From Caldisericia bacterium (GTDB lineage Bacteria; Caldisericota; Caldisericia; JAAYUI01), in the NCBI GenBank assembly GCA_963674785.1, contig OY771555.1, positions 832,001-896,000 of the forward strand: DNA of 64,000 nucleotides, written 5' to 3'. Both the position numbers and the translations under genes were made by a program. Below the pieces are notes generated by a model. That model was given only the letters and a program-made list of their open reading frames with translations, did not search any database and was not told the DNA's origin. Each line of letters begins with the position of its first letter. Positions within the stretch are counted from its first letter, which is position 1. Of the stretch, positions 20,600 through 30,023 are shown one piece after another.

Positions 20600-22305
20600 G
20601 ATTTTGGATACCTCACAAGGATTGTTTTTGTAGCTGAATACCACTCAACACTTGCTCCGAGGTTATCGGTGATGAAGCGAACTGGAACAAGGGTTGAACC
20701 ACTGATGATCTGTGGTGGAGGGTCAACCGTGACTGATTTACCATTTACCTTTGCAACCTTTTGGCCGATCCACATCTCAACAATCTTTCCCTCAAGTTCG
20801 TATGTGACCTTGTAGGCGTTTCCGTCCCAGCCGATTTTTGCACCCAAAGATTCACCCAAAAATCTGAAAGGAACCAACGAGCGACCATCTACAATTGTGG
20901 GCGGAACAGGCATTGCGTCTTTCACATATTGGCCATTTATTGTGGCATCCTTGAATCCAACTGTCATGATGATTGTTGTAACCGGTGCGAAATTGATGCT
21001 GAAGCGGTAAGAGTATGTGTTGTCTGGATTTGGATTGACAATTGGGTCTGTGATTGGGTCAACACAAACAATATCGATTGGGTTGACACCATTTTTAAGC
21101 ATCACGCCATGAGTGAATGTGCCATCTGGATTGAGTGGAACCGGCTGACCATTGATTACAAGAGAGGAATTTGGTTCAACTTTGCCGGTTATCTCAAAAT
21201 ACTGTTTCCTTGTTACCTGTCCATCTTCAATATTGAAACTTGGTTCAATGAGGTTTGGCAACACTTTCACTTCAGCTGATGCATCTGATTCGATTCCGTT
21301 CTGGTCAACTGCTTTGATGATGTAGTAATATGTGATTCCATTTTGCACGTTCGGGTCTGTGTACTGCATCCCTGAAACAAAGAAATCTGTGATTGCCATG
21401 TCTGAGTAACCATCTGGATATGTTGCACGGTAGATATTGTATCCAACAACTGGCATACCACCAGATACAGCAACAACAGGATCCCAGAAAAGATGGACTT
21501 TGTTATTTCCGGGGTATGCAAAGAATGTCTCAACCTGTGGTGGTGGAGCAGAACTTGCAAGTACTGTCATTTTTACGGTGACATTTATAACCTTCTTGAC
21601 AGGGTCAGGGTCATTTGAAGAGACGATGATTGTTGCATAATAATCACCAGGTTTGAGGGTGGAGGCATCAACAAGCACGACAGTTGCTGTGCTTTTCCCG
21701 CCGTCAACCATTCCGTTTGCTGGGTCAAAGCTGAGCCAATCCTTGATGTTTGATGTTGCGACCTGAAGAAGGATTGGAACCTGCTGCATTCCTGCATTTG
21801 ATGAGAGGATAACATTGCCTCTGTAGAGCTGTCCCTGCACAAGATCATTGAGATTGATTGTTACAAGCACTGTTACAACGTCTTTACTGACGTTCTGAAC
21901 CTGTGTTGAAATCCAGCCCTGGTCACCAGTTGCTGCAATCTGAAGGTATTCTTCGCCAGTTACTGTACATGTGATTGTCCTTGTGAGACTGCCTCTGTTT
22001 GGAACGGTGCCAAAATCAAGATATGGCGGGTCAACAAGCATCTTTCCATTTGCTGCATATTTTCCTTCTGTGAGGGCTGATGTTTCCGGGGCATCTTGAT
22101 AGGTTTTTGACAGTGCAAACATTAATTTACCAATTCCTCTGTTGTATATACCGAGGTTTTGGCTTGACTGAGTCCCCTGTTTTACAAAAAACACCATCTC
22201 AGTTGCTGTCAGTTCTATGTTGCAGTCATCTGCCGCTGCCGTTGTGCCTGGAATAGTGGCAATAAGCATTATGGCGACTATTAGAATGATCAGTGGCTTT
22301 TTCAT
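20596..22305 (-). CDS. Secreted protein with BACON-like, fibronectin type III, Ig-like and stalk domains
   Basis: AGGAGG SD and signal peptide at 22305; FN3 motifs GYNIYR and YTDPNVQNGITYYY; stalk motifs SLVPFRFLGESLGA and TLVPVRFITDNLGA. Confidence 0.8.
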   Translation of the reverse strand: MKKPLIILIVAIMLIATIPGTTAAADDCNIELTATEMVFFVKQGTQSSQNLGIYNRGIGKLMFALSKTYQDAPETSALTEGKYAANGKMLVDPPYLDFGTVPNRGSLTRTITCTVTGEEYLQIAATGDQGWISTQVQNVSKDVVTVLVTINLNDLVQGQLYRGNVILSSNAGMQQVPILLQVATSNIKDWLSFDPANGMVDGGKSTATVVLVDASTLKPGDYYATIIVSSNDPDPVKKVINVTVKMTVLASSAPPPQVETFFAYPGNNKVHLFWDPVVAVSGGMPVVGYNIYRATYPDGYSDMAITDFFVSGMQYTDPNVQNGITYYYIIKAVDQNGIESDASAEVKVLPNLIEPSFNIEDGQVTRKQYFEITGKVEPNSSLVINGQPVPLNPDGTFTHGVMLKNGVNPIDIVCVDPITDPIVNPNPDNTYSYRFSINFAPVTTIIMTVGFKDATINGQYVKDAMPVPPTIVDGRSLVPFRFLGESLGAKIGWDGNAYKVTYELEGKIVEMWIGQKVAKVNGKSVTVDPPPQIISGSTLVPVRFITDNLGASVEWYSATKTILVRYPKS

Positions 22306-22321
22306 ACTCCACCTCCTATTG

Positions 22322-23104
22322 CTATTTTTCAATTTTTTCACACCTTACATTTTCTATACCGATTAACGCTTGTATTAGTTTATTCGTTTTTTCAAGATTT
22401 CCAGATGTGAAGAATTTCAGTTTACCGGTTTCACCAGTTTTGGGCAAATCCTTTGCAAGCGTTTCGATGCGGTTGCAAACAGCGATGCTTGTGTCGATAA
22501 TGTTTATACTATCTGGAAGGATTTTTCTGATACAATCATAAAGAAATGGGAAGTGTGTACATCCGAGGACTATCTGGTCAACGTCAGCAGTGATTACAGG
22601 ATCAAGGATTTCAGAAAGTCTTGCCTCTTTGCAGAAGCTAAGACTGATTGAATCATTTTCGACCCAATCAACAAGTTCTGGTGCTGGTATCACAATCACT
22701 TTTCCATGGTGACCATATTTTTCTTTTGTGTTTAAAAACTTTTCACCACGACTTGTGGCACGTGTTGCAAGCACTGCAACCCTACCTTTTTTTGTGGCAA
22801 GAAGAGCAGGTTTAACACCAGGTTCAACACCAACAAAGGGAATATCGGGATACTTTTCTCTGAGTTTTTCGATGGTATTTACACTTGCACTGTTACAAGC
22901 GACTACAATCATTTTTGCGCCTTTTCCAAGCAGAAACTCGGTGATTCTACTTGCCCGATTTAAAATGAACTCATCAGATTTTTCGCCCCATGGGCAGTTT
23001 GCTGAATCCGCAACATAGAGAAAATCAAAGTCGGGAAGCCTTTTTATAGCGTGTCTGAATATTGAAAGTCCACCAACGCCTGAATCAAAAAAACCAATTG
23101 ACAC
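22322..23104 (-). CDS. murI: Glutamate racemase
   Basis: FDSGVGG, VACNSA and LGCTHFP catalytic motifs. Confidence 0.95.
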   Translation of the reverse strand: MSIGFFDSGVGGLSIFRHAIKRLPDFDFLYVADSANCPWGEKSDEFILNRASRITEFLLGKGAKMIVVACNSASVNTIEKLREKYPDIPFVGVEPGVKPALLATKKGRVAVLATRATSRGEKFLNTKEKYGHHGKVIVIPAPELVDWVENDSISLSFCKEARLSEILDPVITADVDQIVLGCTHFPFLYDCIRKILPDSINIIDTSIAVCNRIETLAKDLPKTGETGKLKFFTSGNLEKTNKLIQALIGIENVRCEKIEK

Positions 23105-23105
23105 C

Positions 23106-24266
23106 TTATTCTATATCCTTGTCGTCAATGTGTCCTTCTGCTATTCGCTCATGGCTGTGTTCCATTTTTTCAGACATATCATGTGTTACTTTATCTATTT
23201 CATTGTCGGTGAATTTTGAACCGAGCTTTTGTGTGAGCATGGAGATTGCAAATGGGCCACTGACAAGAATATCCATGTGGAAATCAAGGATTCGATATAC
23301 AAGCAGGAATGAGCCAACAACGGCACCATCGACACCTGCGATTCCGCTGAAGAAAACTGCAGTTCCAACCTCAACTCCGCCGACAGCACCTGGTGTTGGA
23401 ACCCATGCTGTTGAAAGCTGGGCGATAACACCCATTGCGATTACTGCAAGCACGTTTGGGAATATTCCCAGAGCAACCAACACAAAATATGGCATGAGTT
23501 TTAAGATTGTCCATGTGATGATTGAATTGATGACTGCAAACGCGACAGCCCACTTGTTCCCTGAGAGCATTTTTCTTGCAGAATATCGGACTTCGTTTAG
23601 AACCTGCTTGCCTTTTTTGTAAAACTCGGTTGGAGTTTTTGAGTTTGTCCATTTCCTCAAAAGTCTGAATCTGGCAAGGAATTTGAACAGGAATGAAAAC
23701 CATACTGGATTCATGATGATTATGAATCCACCAACGACCAAAAGAAGGAATCCAAAAACTGTTACCAAAAACACAACATACTGGGCGGTCTCAAGATTAA
23801 GATTGAAACCGAATGGAATCATTGCAAAGATTATCACAACATAGATGATTCTGACAAGTACTGAGATAAGACCCTTTACAGTGACAAGTACCGTCCCTTC
23901 AGCAACTGAATATCCCTCATCGGTAAGAAACCACACCTGCATTGGCTGACCACCGGATGTTGATGGAGTCGTGTACTCGAAAAATAGACCCAGAAAGTAT
24001 ATCCTCATCATTCGCCAGTAGCTTGTGAACTTGCCCATCGCACGTGCTAAAAACCAGTGTTGGAAAGTCTCAAGCACAAATGATAGGATGTTTGTCAATC
24101 CAGCAATTATGATCAACCACCACTTGGCATTTTTTATTGTCTCCCATGCCTCAGTCAGGTCAAACCCCGATGTGTAGACAAGAATAATAAAAATAACAAC
24201 AAATGAGGCGATTCCGGCAAGAATCGACATAATCATAATGTTTTTGCGTTTATATTGCTTTGCCAT
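23106..24266 (-). CDS. UPF0104 / lysylphosphatidylglycerol synthase TM-region (flippase-like) membrane protein
   Basis: Multi-TM; TPSTSGGQP and PTPGAVGGVE motifs; start uncertain. Confidence 0.8.
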   Translation of the reverse strand: MAKQYKRKNIMIMSILAGIASFVVIFIILVYTSGFDLTEAWETIKNAKWWLIIIAGLTNILSFVLETFQHWFLARAMGKFTSYWRMMRIYFLGLFFEYTTPSTSGGQPMQVWFLTDEGYSVAEGTVLVTVKGLISVLVRIIYVVIIFAMIPFGFNLNLETAQYVVFLVTVFGFLLLVVGGFIIIMNPVWFSFLFKFLARFRLLRKWTNSKTPTEFYKKGKQVLNEVRYSARKMLSGNKWAVAFAVINSIITWTILKLMPYFVLVALGIFPNVLAVIAMGVIAQLSTAWVPTPGAVGGVEVGTAVFFSGIAGVDGAVVGSFLLVYRILDFHMDILVSGPFAISMLTQKLGSKFTDNEIDKVTHDMSEKMEHSHERIAEGHIDDKDIE

Positions 24267-24500
24267 AAATTGCTTTCTTTTATAAGTGCTTGAAATCGGA
24301 TTACTCGATTCTAGTCGCACACATGAATTGCATTTTACACACAATTGTTCTCAATTACAAATTCATGAGACAAACTTCGGTGAGTTTTGTTTCATTTAAG
24401 TATTCTCCATCCTAATTTGCATGCTCAGTATGTGGATACAGAGTGATGGGAGAAGTGGTTGAAAACTACATACTTCTTCAGTGCTTCCTCTGCCCTTTTA

Positions 24501-24625
24501 GGTCTTTCCAGCGTTCGCTGGAATCTAGGGCGTTAAAGAGCGAGTGTGTCAATGTCAAAAAAACAAATCAGTAAACAACAAGAATTGATGAATAGAATAA
24601 TAATCTCTGACCCAAAAGTAATAGA
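24501..24625. repeat. Degenerate palindrome plus conserved spacer of the same repeat family
   Basis: TTCCAGCGTTCGCTGGAATCTAGGGC...CAAAAGTAA resembles 19765-19880. Confidence 0.55.
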
Positions 24626-24677
24626 TTTTATGATTTGACACTTTAACGAGGTTTTTTGGTAATCAAATAATGACAAT

Positions 24678-24705
24678 TGAACCAAACAATAATTTTAATC
24701 GTTTC
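24678..24705 (+). promoter_or_regulatory. Putative ECF-sigma promoter
   Basis: TGAACC-N16-CGTTTC upstream of 24744. Confidence 0.7.
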
Positions 24706-24743
24706 AATTATTGAATACAGAACTTATTTCACGGAGGGATTCG

Positions 24744-25904
24744 ATGAATTTAAAAAGATTTTTGGCGGTTGTTTTGTGTGTTTTGATTGTTGCGTCATTA
24801 TTCAGCATAAGCATCTCTGCAAACGAAGAGGGAATCGAAAGCGCTCTTGCTGGTGATTTTACGGCTGAAGCGTTTTATAATTTTTGCGATGATACTAAAA
24901 ACAAAGTTACTTTTGATCCTATTCCTATTATAACGTTCAAACATGATCAAGTATTGATTACAAAAGTTGAGGAAACATCAGATGAAAATGGAAAATATCA
25001 CAAGCCGGTTACAAAAGATGGTAAGCCTGTGTACATAAAACCTAGTGATGATTACTACTATGAAAATATGATGGAAATTCTGCAAAGTAACCTAACTGCA
25101 ATTGTGGAATCTGATGCTCGAATCAATAACTTATTCATAGCAATGAAATTGAAAAATGAATCAGGTAGAGGTCACCACTTTACTGCAGCGAAGATGATTA
25201 AGAGTCAAAAAAACGAGCTTTACAAAAAATATAGTTACAGTGATTATATATTTGAAGAACATCCATTGTTTGGATTATCACCTGGATCAATAATCATTTA
25301 CGACTCAAATCTAAACTTCAATGTTTATGATGTGAAAACTGGTGAATTCAGGCTTGTAGAATCAGGATGTGTTAACCCTGATATTTACAGAGATAAAGAA
25401 ACATTGCATCTTCAGTATCCTGAACTTCTTTGGTTCCTTGATGAGATGTATTTACCTCCAAATTATGGTTACCTAGAATTGTTTGATGGAGAGAGGAATA
25501 TCATAACCGATGGAGAGGGAACAAGATCAGACATCAATTTCAAGGTAATTGATGGTATTCCAACAATTGAAAACTACTATACATTAGCAAGTATCCTAGA
25601 TATGAGAGCTTCATTGCCAGATGATAATGGAGTGATTAGGTTCTACAAATTGTTAGATGATCCATCAGGAGATGATTTCTATAGGATACTTGAAATACAG
25701 GAAAACTCAAAAGAAGCTAAGATAATCACAGCAGATGGTGAAAAAGAATTTGAGCTTTCCTTTGCACCATATCCAAAAGATGAAAAGAAGAAATGGTCAA
25801 CTCACATTTACCCTCTTCTTGATATCCTAAATGCACTTCAAATCACATACCATTACCCCCGATGTGATGGAAGTATTCTTATTTCTTTGAATAAAGGATG
25901 GTAG
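24744..25904 (+). CDS. Secreted protein, paralogue of 14036-15295
   Basis: GGAGG SD, signal peptide; shared G.(I/L).IYD..L.F, NPDI and SILIS motifs. Confidence 0.7.
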   Translation: MNLKRFLAVVLCVLIVASLFSISISANEEGIESALAGDFTAEAFYNFCDDTKNKVTFDPIPIITFKHDQVLITKVEETSDENGKYHKPVTKDGKPVYIKPSDDYYYENMMEILQSNLTAIVESDARINNLFIAMKLKNESGRGHHFTAAKMIKSQKNELYKKYSYSDYIFEEHPLFGLSPGSIIIYDSNLNFNVYDVKTGEFRLVESGCVNPDIYRDKETLHLQYPELLWFLDEMYLPPNYGYLELFDGERNIITDGEGTRSDINFKVIDGIPTIENYYTLASILDMRASLPDDNGVIRFYKLLDDPSGDDFYRILEIQENSKEAKIITADGEKEFELSFAPYPKDEKKKWSTHIYPLLDILNALQITYHYPRCDGSILISLNKGW

Positions 25905-25934
25905 TACAAAATTCTGTTGAATGAAAAACACTGT

Positions 25935-26017
25935 ATTCCGGGTCATCCTTCGACAGGCTCAGGAACCGCTGGGAATGAAAGTAGGAAATCTTCATGCTGA
26001 ATCGAGTTCAACATGAA
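25935..26017. repeat. Cluster 3 palindromes with loop insertion
   Basis: ATTCCGGGTCA[TCCTTCGACAGGCTCAGGAACC]GCTGGGAATGA, then TTCATGCTGAATCGAGTTCAACATGAA. Confidence 0.8.
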
Positions 26018-26029
26018 AACCTGGGGAGG

Positions 26030-27022
26030 TTACCTTCCACAACTCTGATTTCTGATTATGAAAACCTCGTCATCCTCTCTGATTCTTATCTCTGAAACTG
26101 GGTTTAATGAGGTTTCATCGTTTCTGATGAGTGCGATTGGCAGAAAACCCATTGTAGATTTGACATAAGAGGAGTACTCACCATAGGTTTTCCCAATGAA
26201 CTCTTTTGGGATGGGACTTCGGTCAAGTTGATTGTCCCCAGAACTTGTCAGAAGTTTTCTGATGAGGTTTGCTGTACCGGGGTTTCTCACGGTTCTTGAT
26301 ATAACATCCCCTGCAACAGATGACCTTACGATAACCTCGTCTGCCCCTGCTCCCTCAAGATACTCAAGGTCTTCAGCAGAGATTACCTCACAGATAATTC
26401 TGATGTTTTTCTCTGTGATACGTCTGAGAGCCATGGTTGTAAGAATAACTCTGGAGTCCATGTCTGATGTGCCAGATGATTGGTCAGCAAGTACAACTGC
26501 AACCTTTGCTTTGCTTGGAGCGACTTTCTTGAGAGAGTCGAGTCTTGTTGAATCACCAGAAACAAAAATGATGTTTGGAGGAAGGTCAGGTGCACGCTCT
26601 CTATCGGCAAGCACGACGATTGTCTCACCAGACTTGTTGCATTGGTCAATCAGTTCGGTAATTATTCTCAATCCATTTTCATTCCATCCGCAGATGAGAA
26701 TGTGGTCTGAAAGCTTGCCAACAACTCTTTTTCCGATTCTTGTTACCACCCTTTCAACAACCTTTCCCACAATTGTTGCGGTCATCACAGCCACAAACAG
26801 GATGCCAATGAGTATGGCAATGGTTCCAACTATCTTGCCAGCAGTGGTCACAGGGACAAGATTCCCGTAACCCAGCGTTGACATCGTCACGATTATCCAC
26901 CAAACAGCGTCTCCGAAGGTTCTTATTGTGGCATCAGCGCCTGCCTGACTTTCAAAGAAAAGTGCAAGATAGGAAAGCGCAATTATTGGTGTCAGGATGA
27001 TCAGTAACCACCTGAACACCAA
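26030..27022 (-). CDS. Two-TM potassium channel with RCK (TrkA-N) domain
   Basis: Pore WW...TMSTLGYG; HILICGWN; GADEVI. Start placed at TTG 27022 to avoid a long overlap (uncertain). Confidence 0.85.
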   Translation of the reverse strand: MVFRWLLIILTPIIALSYLALFFESQAGADATIRTFGDAVWWIIVTMSTLGYGNLVPVTTAGKIVGTIAILIGILFVAVMTATIVGKVVERVVTRIGKRVVGKLSDHILICGWNENGLRIITELIDQCNKSGETIVVLADRERAPDLPPNIIFVSGDSTRLDSLKKVAPSKAKVAVVLADQSSGTSDMDSRVILTTMALRRITEKNIRIICEVISAEDLEYLEGAGADEVIVRSSVAGDVISRTVRNPGTANLIRKLLTSSGDNQLDRSPIPKEFIGKTYGEYSSYVKSTMGFLPIALIRNDETSLNPVSEIRIREDDEVFIIRNQSCGR

Positions 27023-27041
27023 TGTTGCGTTATCTTTTAAG

Positions 27042-28067
27042 TTACGATAATTTTGCGCCACAACCTGGACAGAAACTTGCTCCCGATGGGATTTCTTCAC
27101 CACATTTTGCGCATCTTCCGGTTTGAAGATTAGCTCCACAGCTTGGGCAGAATTTGGCATCCGCAGGGTGAGGTTTTCCGCAGTTTGGACAATGTGGTTC
27201 ATTTGATGCTGGTTCAGATTTTTTTCCTGAGAATCCATCGCCCATTTCAGATACTATCTTTGCACCCATCATGATTCCGGCACCAGCTTGTGCTGCAGTT
27301 CCTGCAAGTCCTCCGCCTCCATTTTTATCCATTGACTTGGCGGCTTTGTATGCTAGATACTTGTTCATATCAGAGATTGCGTTCATGCCTGCTCTTTCAT
27401 CAACTGCTTTTTCAACTTCCTCTGGGAGTGAAATTGACATGATGTATGCATCTGAGCATTTGAGACCGTACTGGGAAAGCTCTTTTGATGCTGATGCAGC
27501 AAGGGCATCCCCAAGCTCTTCATAAACACTTGGAAGATCAAAAACAGTGCCAACTGTTTCACCCAAAGCGTCTGTAAATCTTGAGCTTATAATTGATCTG
27601 AATTTATCCTCGATGCGGTCGCGAGTCATGAATCCGCGTGTACCGACAAAATCAGCGATGAAGCGTTTTGGCTCTTCAACTTGGAGTGTGTAGTTACCAA
27701 AGGCTTTAACTCTTACTATTCCAAGCTCTTTGTCGCGGAATGGGATTGGCTCTGGTGTGCCAAATTTGAAATCAGGGTGAAGAGTTGTTGAGATGAAGAG
27801 TACCTCGGATCTGAATGGGGATTTGAATCCATAGGGAAGCGAGAGGAGTTTTGTAACAATTGGGATGTTTTCTGTTGAAAGCGTGTATTTTCCAGGACCA
27901 AACATGTCGGCAAGTTTGCCATCGGAAATAAACATTGCGATTTGTCCATCACGAACGATGAGCTGTGCACCCATCTTGATGTCTGCTGAACCCTGTGGTG
28001 GTTCACGGTGCATCAATTCAACACCAAATTTGTCTAACCATTCAATAATCTCGAGGTATACACCCAT
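27042..28067 (-). CDS. SPFH domain protein with C-terminal double zinc ribbon (YdjI-like)
   Basis: [32 protein letters not shown]; CPNCG/FCPSCG/CAKCG/FCPGCG. Confidence 0.88.
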   Translation of the reverse strand: MGVYLEIIEWLDKFGVELMHREPPQGSADIKMGAQLIVRDGQIAMFISDGKLADMFGPGKYTLSTENIPIVTKLLSLPYGFKSPFRSEVLFISTTLHPDFKFGTPEPIPFRDKELGIVRVKAFGNYTLQVEEPKRFIADFVGTRGFMTRDRIEDKFRSIISSRFTDALGETVGTVFDLPSVYEELGDALAASASKELSQYGLKCSDAYIMSISLPEEVEKAVDERAGMNAISDMNKYLAYKAAKSMDKNGGGGLAGTAAQAGAGIMMGAKIVSEMGDGFSGKKSEPASNEPHCPNCGKPHPADAKFCPSCGANLQTGRCAKCGEEIPSGASFCPGCGAKLS

Positions 28068-29528
28068 CTAAATCTCCTTTTTTCTAAGTTGTGGGAACAT
28101 CAAGACTTCTCTGATACTGACTTGATTTGTAAGCAGCATTACGAGTCTATCAATTCCGATTCCAAGTCCTCCTGTAGGTGGCATTCCAACACCAAGTGCT
28201 TCAACGTAGTCTGTATCAATTTCGTGTGACTCATCGTCACCGGATTTTTTAAGTCTGCTCTGAGAGGTGAATCTTTCAAGCTGATCGACTGGGTCGTTAA
28301 GCTCTGAGAAGGCGTTTCCAATCTCGAGTCCATTGATAATAAATTGGAACCTCTCAACGTATTTATCAGAACCGGGGATGAGTTTTGCAAGTGGTGACAT
28401 CTCGATTGGATAGTCATAGATAAATGTTGGCTGGATGAGATTTACTACAACCTTCTTCTTGAAGACTTCATCACAGTAGCCCTTGAAGTTCAAGGCCTTT
28501 TCCATCTTGATGCCTTCTTTCTTGATGTAGTCCATTGCAAATTTCTCATCTCTCAGGTCTTCAATACTTATACCCGCAAACTGCTTGAATGATTCCTCCA
28601 TGGTGATTCGCTTCCATGGGGACGCGAAGTTGATTTCTTTGTCCTGGTAGGTTACCGATTCTTTGCCAGTTACACTCTTTACAACCGATGAGACAAGCTG
28701 CTCTGAAATATCCATCATTCCATGGTAGTCAGACCATGCCTCGTAGAGTTCGAGCATTGTGAATTCTGGGTTGTGGAACAGGGAAATACCTTCATTTCTG
28801 AAGCATTTGCCTACTTCAAAAATCTTCGTCATTCCACCAACAATCAGTCTTTTCAGGTAAAGCTCAGGAGCGATTCTCATGTACAGATCCATATCGAGAG
28901 TGTTGTGATGGGTTTCAAATGGTTTTGCTAAAGCTCCACCATAAAGTGGCTGAAGGATGGGGGTTTCTACCTCTTCGTAATCTTTGCTCCAGAGGAATTC
29001 TCTTACCGCCTTGACAACAAGACCTCTTGTTTTGAATCTTGAAAGAACATCGGGGTCTGAGATCATGTCCATATGACGTTTTCTGTATCTAATCTCAGAA
29101 TCTGTAAGTCCGTGGAATTTTTCAGGAAGTGGGATGAGTGCCTTGTTTGCCCACTGGAATTTTGTCACTTCAACTGAAATCTCTTCAGTTCTAGTTTTAA
29201 AAAGTGTTCCTGATGCAACAACGATGTCACCTATATCGAGACCTTTTTTTATAAGCTCATATTCTTCTTCGCCAACGGCGTCAACCCTGACATAAATCTG
29301 AATTTCACCGACACCGTCACGGAGTACAATAAACCTTGCCTTGCCGTGTCCTCGAATAGCCATGACTCTTCCGCCGACAGCAACAACTGTTTTGTTTTCT
29401 GACAGATTTTCAAAATCCGCTTTCAGGTCTGTGGAAAGCGAAAGCTCCATATCAACTCGTGGTGGATACGGAGCAACTCCTCGACTTACCAAGAAATCGA
29501 GCTTGTCCTTCATTGATTCGTTAAACAT
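28068..29528 (-). CDS. lysS: Lysyl-tRNA synthetase (class II)
   Basis: YMRIAPELYLKRL, FRNEG, HNPEFTMLE, GMPPTGGLGIGIDRL. Confidence 0.98.
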   Translation of the reverse strand: MFNESMKDKLDFLVSRGVAPYPPRVDMELSLSTDLKADFENLSENKTVVAVGGRVMAIRGHGKARFIVLRDGVGEIQIYVRVDAVGEEEYELIKKGLDIGDIVVASGTLFKTRTEEISVEVTKFQWANKALIPLPEKFHGLTDSEIRYRKRHMDMISDPDVLSRFKTRGLVVKAVREFLWSKDYEEVETPILQPLYGGALAKPFETHHNTLDMDLYMRIAPELYLKRLIVGGMTKIFEVGKCFRNEGISLFHNPEFTMLELYEAWSDYHGMMDISEQLVSSVVKSVTGKESVTYQDKEINFASPWKRITMEESFKQFAGISIEDLRDEKFAMDYIKKEGIKMEKALNFKGYCDEVFKKKVVVNLIQPTFIYDYPIEMSPLAKLIPGSDKYVERFQFIINGLEIGNAFSELNDPVDQLERFTSQSRLKKSGDDESHEIDTDYVEALGVGMPPTGGLGIGIDRLVMLLTNQVSIREVLMFPQLRKKEI

Positions 29529-29533
29529 ATATA

Positions 29534-30022
29534 TTATGCCCTTCTGACTTTAATTATCCTGTATTTTTTAACAGCTTTTGGAGACTTGACCATAACAATG
29601 TCTCCGGTTTTTTTACCGAGAAGCATTGCTCCGATTGGGGATTTGTTGCTGATGTGACCTTTTTCTGGGTCTGATTCGTAGCTACCAACAATCTTGTATG
29701 TGATCTCTTTGTTTACAACAAGATCAATCATGGTGACCTTGCATCCAATTCCGATCTCGTTTACATCAACATCTGATTTTTCAACAATCTCACAATCATT
29801 AAGGATTGCCTCAAGGTGCTGGATTCTGCCCTCAATAAAAGACTGGTCTCTTCTTGCTTCTTCGTACTCAGCGTTTTCTGAGAGGTCGCCGTGCTGTTTC
29901 GCGGTTCTGATTCTATCGGCAATCTCTGGTCTCTTATTTTCTTTAAGATCAGTAAGCTCGGCAACGAGTTTATCGTGACCCTCTTTTGTGAGGATATACG
30001 CAGTTTTATCACTATAATCCAT
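29534..30022 (-). CDS. greA: Transcription elongation factor GreA
   Basis: HGDLSENAEY, ISNKSPIG. Confidence 0.97.
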   Translation of the reverse strand: MDYSDKTAYILTKEGHDKLVAELTDLKENKRPEIADRIRTAKQHGDLSENAEYEEARRDQSFIEGRIQHLEAILNDCEIVEKSDVDVNEIGIGCKVTMIDLVVNKEITYKIVGSYESDPEKGHISNKSPIGAMLLGKKTGDIVMVKSPKAVKKYRIIKVRRA

Positions 30023-30023
30023 T

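Noticed and set aside
26232-27238. Antisense ORF 26232-26870 and the 5' extension of the K+ channel to 27238
   Set aside because: The first is a shadow frame of a clear gene; the extension overlaps the SPFH zinc-ribbon coding region by about 200 bp.
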